Source of the DNA: Candidatus Zixiibacteriota bacterium
GTDB taxonomy: Bacteria; Zixibacteria; MSB-5A5; GN15; FEB-12
DNA: 26,158 bases
Direction of reading: 5' to 3'
Assembly (NCBI GenBank): GCA_041742355.1
Contig: JBGSIV010000291.1
Span: 1-26,158 of the forward strand
Part shown: piece by piece, positions 1 through 7,964 of the stretch
Numbering within the stretch: position 1 is the first letter of the stretch
Layout of the letters: each line of letters begins with the position of its first letter
Translations under genes and position numbers: made by a program
Notes under the pieces: generated by a model
Database searches by the model: none
The model's input: the letters and a program-made list of their open reading frames with translations, nothing else
Told to the model about the DNA's origin: nothing

Positions 1-1599
1 GCGCCTCGGAAGCCGACGCACTGGTCGACGGCGCCACGCCGATGTTCAGATTGACGCCCGCCGGCACATCGATAAAGGGCGTGGCCGTGCGGAACGCAAA
101 GTCGTTGAGGAGCAGGTTGCCGTTGACATACACGTCCACCATTTCCGCCGCCGGATCGGCCGCGTTGTGGATCACCTGGAGGCGGGCAAACTGCGGCTCC
201 TCAACCTTCGGGAACTCCACCACCGTGCCGTTCGGCAGGGCGGCGAACAACCCGAACCCGGCGCCGTTCTGGTTGTCCATCGGGCTGAGGAAACCCGACG
301 CGAACACGACCGCCGCGCCGCCGCCCAGGCCGTTCAGATTGACGTCGAACGAGGCGACCACGGTCTTGTTGTCACTACCCGGCGTGACATCGAGGCGGTA
401 GTTGGTCGCCAGCAGGTAGCGGTAGGGCGAGTACTCGCCGTACCCGAGGTCATCGATCAGGCGCCACTTCAACCACTTTCCGTTCGCGATCACATCCACT
501 TTCGGAGCATCGGTCGCGCCATGGAACGCCACGACATCAACCAGGATGCCCAGCTTGGACTTCTTGCGGATGTCCCCACGCGGATAGATCGAGAACCCGA
601 TCTCCCGGGCGTCCGGGTTGGCCGCGAAGCCCGCGGGATCCAGCACGCCGCTGGCGATCGCCACGTACGCCTTGTTCTTCTCCAGCGTCACGCTGAACGA
701 CTTGAGAATATCGGCGGCCGAGCTGCTGGTACCGGGCGCCACGCCGATATTGAGCGCCACACCGGCCGGTACATCGACAAACGGGGTCGCGGTGCGGAAT
801 GCAAAGTCATCGAGGAGCAGGTTGCCGTTGACATATACATCAACCATTGAGGCCGCAGGATCCGCGGCGTTATGAATCACCTGCAGCTGAGCCATCCCGG
901 GCTGGACACCCAGCTTCGGGAACTCGACCACCGCGCCATTCGGCAACGCCGCAAACAGCCCGAAGTCGGCACCGTTCTGATTTCCCGTCGGATTCAGAAA
1001 ACCCGAGGCAAACACCACCGCCGCACCGCCCCCGAGACCGGACAGGTTCGCCTCGAACGAGGCCACCACGGTCCTGTTGTCGCCGCCCGGCGTGACTTTC
1101 AGAATGTACTTTTTCGGCAGAAGGTATTTGTACGACGAATATCCGGTGTAGCCGAGGTCGTCGATCAGCTTGAGGTCCCCGAGGGCAGTCTCGGCCAGGA
1201 TATCCACGGTCGGCGCATCGCTCGCACCATGGAACGCGATCGCGCTCACCAGCCACAAGAAGGCGCTGCGCGTCCGGATGTTCTCGCGCGGGAAAATGCT
1301 GAACGCGATAGTGCGGCTCTCCGGATTGGCCGCAAACCCGGCCGGATCCAGCACGCCGTTGGCAATCGCCACATACGTTTTTCCGTTGGCAAACCGCGCC
1401 GGGAACGACGCGATTATATCGGACGACGAGGCGCTCGAAGAGGGCGCAACGCCGATCGTCAGGTTCAAATCGGACGGCACCTCGACGAACGGGGTGGCGG
1501 TGCGGAACGCAAAGTCGTTGAGGAGCAGGTTGCCGTTGACATAGATGTCGACACTGGCCGCAGCCGGGTCGGCCGCGTTGTGGATCACCTGGAGCTTCG
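1..1599 (-). repeat. Intragenic tandem repeats, ~705-708 nt period (~235 aa): two complete units plus a partial third
   Basis: Near-identical 'gcggaa(c/t)gcaaagtc..gaggagcaggttgccgttgacata' blocks near 90-130, 795-835 and 1502-1543. The LQVIH-encoding block is at 166-180, 871-885 and 1579-1593. Confidence 0.9.
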
Positions 1600-1672
1600 C
1601 GGTGCCGGCATTCGCCATGGCCGCAAGCGACAGGAGCGCCACCATCAGGACTGATATCGTAAACTTCTTCAT
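1..1672 (-). CDS. Secreted DUF4397-like tandem-repeat protein (3' end runs off window; >=557 aa)
   Basis: Translated by hand; absent from the ORF track because there is no stop in the window. ATG at 1672 with upstream GGAG. Signal peptide MKKFTISVLMVALLSLAAMANA. Three copies of LQVIHNAADPAAxxVD(I/V)YVNGNLLL(N/D)DFAFRTATPF, and FHGA(S/T)DAPxVD half-repeats typical of DUF4397 proteins. Confidence 0.85.
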   Translation of the reverse strand, partial: MKKFTISVLMVALLSLAAMANAGTAKLQVIHNAADPAAASVDIYVNGNLLLNDFAFRTATPFVEVPSDLNLTIGVAPSSSASSSDIIASFPARFANGKTYVAIANGVLDPAGFAANPESRTIAFSIFPRENIRTRSAFLWLVSAIAFHGASDAPTVDILAETALGDLKLIDDLGYTGYSSYKYLLPKKYILKVTPGGDNRTVVASFEANLSGLGGGAAVVFASGFLNPTGNQNGADFGLFAALPNGAVVEFPKLGVQPGMAQLQVIHNAADPAASMVDVYVNGNLLLDDFAFRTATPFVDVPAGVALNIGVAPGTSSSAADILKSFSVTLEKNKAYVAIASGVLDPAGFAANPDAREIGFSIYPRGDIRKKSKLGILVDVVAFHGATDAPKVDVIANGKWLKWRLIDDLGYGEYSPYRYLLATNYRLDVTPGSDNKTVVASFDVNLNGLGGGAAVVFASGFLSPMDNQNGAGFGLFAALPNGTVVEFPKVEEPQFARLQVIHNAADPAAEMVDVYVNGNLLLNDFAFRTATPFIDVPAGVNLNIGVAPSTSASASEA

Positions 1673-1780
1673 AATCGTCTCCGGTTCTCTCACGTTCTGG
1701 TTTCGGAAAGCAGTCTGCGGATTCAGTAAGTATTTTCTGGAGCAGTGTAAAGCGCCCGGTCTCATGCGAGATCCCGGCGG

Positions 1781-1813
1781 AAACCGGGGGACGGCGCTTC
1801 GGCCGACCCCCGG
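1781..1813 (-). terminator. GC-rich hairpin just downstream of the fasciclin gene; possible weak intrinsic terminator or mRNA stabiliser
   Basis: ccggggg (1784-1790) pairs with cccccgg (1807-1813); only three U follow on the minus strand. Confidence 0.4.
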
Positions 1814-1823
1814 CTCTGACGGA

Positions 1824-2393
1824 CTACTTCTTGTCTTTGTTCATCTTGGGCAGGAGGACGGCATCGATCACGTGGATCACGCCGTTGGAGGTCATGATGT
1901 CGGTCGTGACGACGGTCGCGTCGTCAATCGTCACCACGCCCTTCTTGACCTTGATCTTGACCGACTCGCCCTGGAGCGTTTCGGCCTTGTTGAGCTCGAC
2001 AACTTCCTCGGCCATCACGATCCCCGGCACGACGTGGTAGGTGAGAACCGCAGTCAGCTTCTCCTTGTCGGCCAGCAGACCCTCGACCGTCCCGGCGGGC
2101 AGCGCGGCGAAGGCCGCGTCGGTCGGAGCGAACACCGTGAACGGACCCTCGCCGGACAGCGCCTCAACCAGCCCGGCGGCCTGAATGGCAGCTACCAGGG
2201 TCGTGAAATTCCCGGCCGCAATAGCCGTCTCCACGATATTCATATCAGCCGCCTGCGATACGAATGAGGCGGTGCGAATGTCCGATTGTCCGGAGGTCTG
2301 CGCCTTGGACGAAGCGCAGTCACCGGCGAACGAGGGAGTGGCGGCCACGGCGATGAGAGCGGCGGCGGCGAGAGTAAGGGTAGTCTTCTTCAT
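1824..2393 (-). CDS. Fasciclin (FAS1) domain-containing secreted protein
   Basis: Signal peptide followed by FAS1 hallmarks [21 protein letters not shown] and [14 protein letters not shown]. Confidence 0.95.
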   Translation of the reverse strand: MKKTTLTLAAAALIAVAATPSFAGDCASSKAQTSGQSDIRTASFVSQAADMNIVETAIAAGNFTTLVAAIQAAGLVEALSGEGPFTVFAPTDAAFAALPAGTVEGLLADKEKLTAVLTYHVVPGIVMAEEVVELNKAETLQGESVKIKVKKGVVTIDDATVVTTDIMTSNGVIHVIDAVLLPKMNKDKK

Positions 2394-2759
2394 TGTGTGT
2401 GTCCTTTCTTGTGATCAGTCTGTTTCTATTTCCGAGAACTTCTTGTAATATCTTGATACAGAGGAGTTTGCGAGGAATCTGGATTCACCGTGCCGATACG
2501 GGCACTCTTCCGACCATTCGCCTCACTCATCAGACACAACCAAGCACGTTTATGTTTTGTTCCCATTTGTATATTATTTTTGCCCATCGTAAAACGAATT
2601 TTCGATATATTATTAGACAGAAAACAGCCTAAACTGGAGAAAAATTACCCTAATTCATTTATTGGCAGACAATTACAGGATTTTCACCCAACCCGAACAA
2701 ACAGGCACATACCGGCGTTACAGCCTTTGACAAATGTGAGACAATTACTGAAAGGTAAC
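2394..2759. promoter_or_regulatory. AT-rich divergent promoter/operator region between the fasciclin gene and the CarH-like regulator
   Basis: Visibly AT-rich (especially ~2550-2760) within GC-rich DNA and lies between divergent starts. GACA cores 11 bp apart at 2729 and 2740. Confidence 0.6.
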
Positions 2760-3701
2760 ATGGAGCCGAAATATCCGATACGAGTGGTCGCCAACAAGAC
2801 CGGCCTCTCCACTCACCTTATAAGGATGTGGGAGCGGCGCTACCACGCTGTTGAGCCCTGCCGCACCGATACGAAACGCCGCCTTTATTCCGACGTGGAT
2901 GTCCGGCGGCTCTCACTGCTGCGGCGAGCCACGCAGGCGGGGGCCAACATCGGCCAGATCGCTGGTCTTGGCGACGATCAGCTCGTGGAACTGGTCGCTT
3001 CATATGAACAGATTTCCGTTGGTGCTGTCCCGCGCGCGGTCGGCGCCACAGACCCCGAGTTCTTCCTGCGACTTGCTCTCGATGCCGTCAAGACGCTCGA
3101 CCAACGGGCGCTCGAATCGGCCCTCCTCCAGGCCTCGGTTTCGGTCGGGCGCACCCTTCTTTTCGAAGGTGTCATTCAGCCGCTCCTGAGTGCTGTCGGA
3201 GAGGAGTGGAACGCCGGCCGGATCAAAGTCTCCCACGAACACATGGCCACCTCCGTGATCCGCTCGTTTCTCGGCCACCTGATCGAAACCACCGTTGTCG
3301 ATACCAACGCTCCCCTTATCGTGGTCACTACTCCCACCAGCCACGTCCACGAACTGGGCGCCCTGATGGCCGCTGTCACCGCCACCGGGGCCGGTTGGCA
3401 GACTATGTACCTTGGCCCGAATCTCCCCGCCGAGGATATCGCGTCGGCCGTCCGCCAGTCCAAGGCCGCCGCGGTCGCTCTGAGCCTGATCTATCCCCCC
3501 GATGACCCCCGGCTCCCCGGGGAACTGCGTGCCCTGCGCCGGCTCGTCGGCAACGACACTCTCATCATCATCGGGGGTGAAAGCCGTGGCAACTACCGCA
3601 AGACCATTGAGGAAATCCGCGCCGTCACGGTCGAGAACCTCCGCTCACTGGCCGAAGTACTGGCCTCCAACCGCAGTGTCGCAGCCACGGAGGCGAAGTA
3701 G
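2760..3701 (+). CDS. carH: MerR-family cobalamin (B12)-binding transcriptional regulator, CarH/LitR-like
   Basis: Start re-called to ATG 2760 (MEPKYPIRVV). MerR HTH IRMWERRY...RRLYSD. W-x9-EH motif (WNAGRIKVSHEH). B12-binding Rossmann motif HELG...YLGPNLP...SL...IIGG. Confidence 0.88.
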   Translation: MEPKYPIRVVANKTGLSTHLIRMWERRYHAVEPCRTDTKRRLYSDVDVRRLSLLRRATQAGANIGQIAGLGDDQLVELVASYEQISVGAVPRAVGATDPEFFLRLALDAVKTLDQRALESALLQASVSVGRTLLFEGVIQPLLSAVGEEWNAGRIKVSHEHMATSVIRSFLGHLIETTVVDTNAPLIVVTTPTSHVHELGALMAAVTATGAGWQTMYLGPNLPAEDIASAVRQSKAAAVALSLIYPPDDPRLPGELRALRRLVGNDTLIIIGGESRGNYRKTIEEIRAVTVENLRSLAEVLASNRSVAATEAK

Positions 3702-3703
3702 CT

Positions 3704-5077
3704 GTGGCGGAACTTGTCGACAGACGGCGCGTTCGCATTGTCCGCCACGGTGACCCCGGCCAGCGCCCGGTCATCTACTGGACCTACCGCGATCAGCGCG
3801 CCCCCGACAACTGGGCGCTGCTCTACGCGCAGGAGGTCGCCCTGAAGAACAAGCAGCCCCTCGCCATGGTCCTCTGTTTGCCCCGCACGTATCTCGGCGC
3901 GACTATCCGCCAGTTCGGCTTCATGCTTGATGGACTCGAAGAGACCGACCGCGAGCTGCGCAAGTACGGGATCCCCTTGATCCTCCTGACCGGCATGGCG
4001 AACGAAGTCCTGCCCCAGTTCATCGAAAAACACAACGTCGGTCTGCTCGTTACCGACCAGATACCCCTGCGCATCCACCGGCAGGTCATTAATCGTATCG
4101 CCGACGATACCGCCATCCCCATTCATCAGGTTGATGCCCATAACATCGTCCCCGTCTGGGTCGCTTCCGATCACCAGGAATTCAGCGCAGCGACGTTCCG
4201 CCCCAAACTCCATCGGCTTCTCCCGGAATTTCTCACCAGCTTCCCGAGACTGAAGCGCCACCCGTACGCCTGGCCCAACCCTCCGGTCCCCGACTGGGAG
4301 AAGGCCCGGAAGTCCCTCCGGGTCGACATGGCTGTCCCCGAAGTTGACTGGTTAAAACCCGGGCTGATCGGAGCCGGCAGAGTCCTGAAGGAGTTCTTTA
4401 CTCACCGCCTGCCGATTTACGGCGAACTCAACAGAAACCCTGAATTTAACGCGCAGTCCGATCTCTCTCCGTACCTCCACTACGGCCAGGTCTCGGCGCA
4501 GCGTATTGCCCTCACCGCCCAGACCTATGACCGCTGGATCACCTCGCAGGAAGCCTTCCTCGAACAAATCGTCGTCCGCCGCGAACTCGCCGACAACTTC
4601 TGCTGGTACAATACGGCCTACGACTCCTTCGACGGCTTCCCGGATTGGGCGAAGTCCACGCTGAACGATCACCGTCGCGACGCCCGCCCCCACCTGTATA
4701 ATCGCGAGCAGTTCGAAGAAGCGGCCACCCACGATGAACTCTGGAACGCCGCTCAGCTCGAGCTCGTGATAAAGGGGAAAATGCACGGCTACATGCGTAT
4801 GTACTGGGCCAAGAAGATCCTCGAGTGGAGCCGCTCCCCGGAGGAAGCCCTCGCCGACGCCATCTACCTTAACGACCGCTACAGTATCGACGGCCGCGAC
4901 CCCAACGGCTACACCGGTATCGCCTGGAGCATCGGCGGCGTCCACGACCGCGCTTTCACCGAGCGCGACATCTTCGGCAAGATCCGCTACATGAGTTTCG
5001 CCGGGTGCAAACGAAAATTCGACATCGACGCCTACATGGCGTACGTTGTCCAGATGCAGGCCGACCTGAAAGAATGA
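3704..5077 (+). CDS. phrB: Deoxyribodipyrimidine photolyase, class II CPD type
   Basis: RDQRAPDNWAL, VDAHNIVP, LSPYLHYGQ, RRELADNF, KMHGYMRMYWAKKILEW and DGRDPNGY motifs; starts 2 nt after the regulator stop. Confidence 0.95.
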   Translation: MAELVDRRRVRIVRHGDPGQRPVIYWTYRDQRAPDNWALLYAQEVALKNKQPLAMVLCLPRTYLGATIRQFGFMLDGLEETDRELRKYGIPLILLTGMANEVLPQFIEKHNVGLLVTDQIPLRIHRQVINRIADDTAIPIHQVDAHNIVPVWVASDHQEFSAATFRPKLHRLLPEFLTSFPRLKRHPYAWPNPPVPDWEKARKSLRVDMAVPEVDWLKPGLIGAGRVLKEFFTHRLPIYGELNRNPEFNAQSDLSPYLHYGQVSAQRIALTAQTYDRWITSQEAFLEQIVVRRELADNFCWYNTAYDSFDGFPDWAKSTLNDHRRDARPHLYNREQFEEAATHDELWNAAQLELVIKGKMHGYMRMYWAKKILEWSRSPEEALADAIYLNDRYSIDGRDPNGYTGIAWSIGGVHDRAFTERDIFGKIRYMSFAGCKRKFDIDAYMAYVVQMQADLKE

Positions 5078-5583
5078 ACGTCCACCTCCTCCATCGCGAA
5101 CAGATCCTCGACCTCCCCCCGGCCGAGGTTTTCGAGTTTTTCTCCCGGCCCGAGAACCTCGCCCGCATTACTCCGCCCGCCATGCGGTTCACGATCCTCA
5201 CCCCCCTGCCCATCGCGATGAAACCCGGAGCGCTGATCGACTACACCGTCCGCACCCTCGGCCTCTCCGTCCGCTGGACCACGCTCATCACCGAATTCGA
5301 TCCGCCCCACCGCTTCGTCGATGTCCAGTTGAAAGGCCCATACGCTTTCTGGCACCACACCCACCGCTTCGAAGAAGTCGACCACGGCAACGGCCGGGTC
5401 GGCACCCGCATCATCGACGAGGTCCGCTACGCTCTCCCCTTCGGCCCGCTCGGCGAGCTTGCCCGACTACTGGTTGTGAAGAGGGAACTGGAGAAGATTT
5501 TCGACTTCCGCCGGCGCGTAATCGTCGGCCTGCTCCCCCCTGCGCCCCCGATCGATCATACCCGCTCGAACACTCCGCGGTAA
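5074..5583 (+). CDS. SRPBCC (START-like/polyketide cyclase fold) family protein
   Basis: ATG overlaps the photolyase stop (ATGA, 5074-5077). VFEFFSRPENLARITPP, FVDVQLKGPYAFWHHTHRF, LPFGPLG and IFDFR motifs. Confidence 0.88.
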   Translation: MNVHLLHREQILDLPPAEVFEFFSRPENLARITPPAMRFTILTPLPIAMKPGALIDYTVRTLGLSVRWTTLITEFDPPHRFVDVQLKGPYAFWHHTHRFEEVDHGNGRVGTRIIDEVRYALPFGPLGELARLLVVKRELEKIFDFRRRVIVGLLPPAPPIDHTRSNTPR

Positions 5584-6413
5584 ATCAGTATCCGCCCCTC
5601 CTCAATGTTCTTCCGGACATTGCGCGACTTCAATCCCGCATCGCGATCGATAATCACTCCGGCATTCAGCCTGGCCGTACCCGCTTTCGCCGACTTCCCG
5701 TCCCGAACGATCTGGTCGTACCATGCCAGCGCCGCCGCCGAGACATCCTCGCAGCGCTTCGCGGCGAACCCGCTGTCATCGAGTACCTGCCGCCATACGG
5801 ATACTCCCACCAGGAAACTCAGCGCCGGATCATCGGCCCAGAACACCGGAAACTCCGGTGGCTCACCATTTCCCGTCAGCACCTCGTGAAACACGAACCG
5901 CCCTCCCGGCTTGAGCACCCGCCGAAACTCCCTCGCCATCTTCCCTTTGTCCCGCACGTTCATTCCGGCAAACTGCATCCATACCGCATCGAAAATCGCG
6001 TCGCGAAACGGCAGCGCGGTCGCACTCGCGCACACGTAGCCGACCCGGTCCGATGTCTGCAACCACTCCGTCAGCAGCTTGCCCACCTGGCAGTACTCCT
6101 CGGTAATGTCAAGCGCCGTCACCTCGCATTCGTATTCCTCGGCCAGCCGTCGTGCCGGCCCGCCGATTCCCGCGCCGACATCGAGCACCTGCCATCCGGG
6201 CCTGACTCCGGCAATCTCCGCCAGCTCCCGGGTCGCCGCAGCCCCCCCGACATGCAACTCATCCATCCCCTCGGTATCTTCACGCCGGAGATTCCCCGGG
6301 CCCAGCCCGTGTTCGGCCAGCTTCGCCATGACCCGCTCGCGCAGCCCGCTGGAGGTATACTGCCCGGCGATTCGACGGGTCTCGCTTCCGGTTCCATTGT
6401 CTTTCATGGACAT
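5556..6413 (-). CDS. Class I SAM-dependent methyltransferase (Methyltransf_11 type, substrate unknown)
   Basis: VLDVGAGIGGPAR motif I, LPFRDAIFDAVW, RVLKPGGRF and N-terminal DELHVGG. Overlaps the SRPBCC 3' end by 28 nt. Start could be 6413 or 6407. Confidence 0.9.
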   Translation of the reverse strand: MSMKDNGTGSETRRIAGQYTSSGLRERVMAKLAEHGLGPGNLRREDTEGMDELHVGGAAATRELAEIAGVRPGWQVLDVGAGIGGPARRLAEEYECEVTALDITEEYCQVGKLLTEWLQTSDRVGYVCASATALPFRDAIFDAVWMQFAGMNVRDKGKMAREFRRVLKPGGRFVFHEVLTGNGEPPEFPVFWADDPALSFLVGVSVWRQVLDDSGFAAKRCEDVSAAALAWYDQIVRDGKSAKAGTARLNAGVIIDRDAGLKSRNVRKNIEEGRILIYRGVFERV

Positions 6414-6643
6414 AATATCTGTCGCCGCGTCTCTTCCCGCAACGCTGTTTGCTCTGCACCGCCCCCGATATCCGGCTCACAATCTCAGGCACCAACCCAC
6501 CGCCTCGCGTGTTGCATCAGACAGCAAACCGACTGTGGCCTTTCCGGCTCTGCGCGGTCTCCGCCCGCCCCGATCTGCCTCCTCCGCCCTGACAGCCCTT
6601 CCGCCGCTCTTCCGTCGCCGGCCGGTACTGGAGGAAGATGTAA

Positions 6644-7936
6644 ATGCCGATCCAGACCCGGATGCAGGTCAACATGGCCCGCCTCGATCTCGCCGACCTC
6701 TTCGTGACGATCCGCCGCACCACCGAGGCTGTCTGCCGCAACCTCGAGCCGGAGGATTTCGTCATGCAGAGCAGCCCCGACACCAGCCCCGCCAAGTGGC
6801 ACCTCGGCCACACGACGTGGTTTTTCGAACGGGTCGTCCTGCAGGAGCACGATGATGACTACCGGCCCGTCGATCCCCGCTACCATTACATCTTCAATTC
6901 CTACTACCACTCCCTCGGCCAGTTCCTGCCCCGCGATCGCCGCGGTTCGCTCTGCCGCCCCACTGTCGCCGAGGTCATCGCCTATCGCCACCGCATCACC
7001 CTTCGCGTCGCCGACTTCATCCGGGAGTGCGACGATCGCACTTTCGCGGCCATCACCCCGCTTGTTCTGGTGGGCTGCAACCACGAACAGCAGCACCAAG
7101 AGCTGTTGCTGACCGACCTCAAGCACGCCTACGGCACCAATCCCTTTCGCCCGGCCCTCACCGATGAAGGTCCTGCCGGGGGACTCGCCGAACCCAATCT
7201 CAGGTTCATCGAATTCTCCGAGGGCACCTACGAAGTCGGCGCGGTCGGCGAGGGCTTCGCGTACGACAACGAATTCCCCTGCCACAAACGCTACCTCAAC
7301 GCCTTCCGCCTGGCCAACCGCCCCATCACCAACCTCGAATACCTCTCGTTCATTCACGATGGCGGCTACCAGGACCACCGCTTCTGGCATTCGGCCGCGT
7401 GGGATATCATAGAGCGAGAACGCTGGGAGTTCCCGCTGTACTGGGAACGCCACGACAACAGCTTCATGGTCTACACGCTGGCCGGCATGCGCCCGCTCTC
7501 CCCCGATGAACCCGTCATGCACGTGAGCTATTACGAGGCCGCCGCCTACGCCCGGTGGGCCGGCAGACGCCTTCCCACCGAATTCGAGTGGGAAGTCGCC
7601 GCCGCCCGCTATGGTCACCGCAACGAGGGGCATTTCCTCGAGGACGGCTACTTCCATCCCTACGCCACCGACCGGAGCACCGAATCTTCGGAAATGCACA
7701 ACCTGCTCGGCAACGTCTGGGAATGGACCACCTCGAGTTACGAACCCTACCCCGGGTACGTCCAGCCCGATGGCGCGCTCGGGGAGTACAACGGCAAATT
7801 CATGAGCAACCAGATGGTGTTGCGCGGCGGGTCGGCCGTCACCCCACGGTCCCACATCCGCACCACCTACCGCAACTTCTTCCCGCCCGAGAAGCGCTGG
7901 CAGTTCAGCGGCTTCCGCCTCGCCGAGAACGTATAG
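6644..7936 (+). CDS. egtB: Ergothioneine biosynthesis sulfoxide synthase EgtB (DinB-like + FGE-sulfatase domains)
   Basis: SPAKWHLGHTTWFFE, FNSYY, HEQQHQELL iron ligands, RLPTEFEWE, GNVWEWT, GEYNGKFM and YRNFF motifs. GGAGG RBS; adjacent to egtD. Confidence 0.92.
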   Translation: MPIQTRMQVNMARLDLADLFVTIRRTTEAVCRNLEPEDFVMQSSPDTSPAKWHLGHTTWFFERVVLQEHDDDYRPVDPRYHYIFNSYYHSLGQFLPRDRRGSLCRPTVAEVIAYRHRITLRVADFIRECDDRTFAAITPLVLVGCNHEQQHQELLLTDLKHAYGTNPFRPALTDEGPAGGLAEPNLRFIEFSEGTYEVGAVGEGFAYDNEFPCHKRYLNAFRLANRPITNLEYLSFIHDGGYQDHRFWHSAAWDIIERERWEFPLYWERHDNSFMVYTLAGMRPLSPDEPVMHVSYYEAAAYARWAGRRLPTEFEWEVAAARYGHRNEGHFLEDGYFHPYATDRSTESSEMHNLLGNVWEWTTSSYEPYPGYVQPDGALGEYNGKFMSNQMVLRGGSAVTPRSHIRTTYRNFFPPEKRWQFSGFRLAENV

Positions 7937-7964
7937 ACCTGAACCCTTCCACGAAAGAGCCCCC

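Noticed and set aside
42..2267. Plus-strand ORFs (167..850, 872..1654, 1545..2267, etc.) with repeated peptide motifs
   Set aside because: Antisense shadows of the real minus-strand DUF4397-repeat and fasciclin genes.
2490..2759. 90-codon N-terminal extension of the regulator in the ORF track
   Set aside because: Runs through AT-rich promoter-like DNA; the MerR domain begins at ATG 2760.
6430..6450. CCCGCAACGCTGT resembling part of a cobalamin riboswitch
   Set aside because: Other conserved B12-element parts are not recognisable in the right order.
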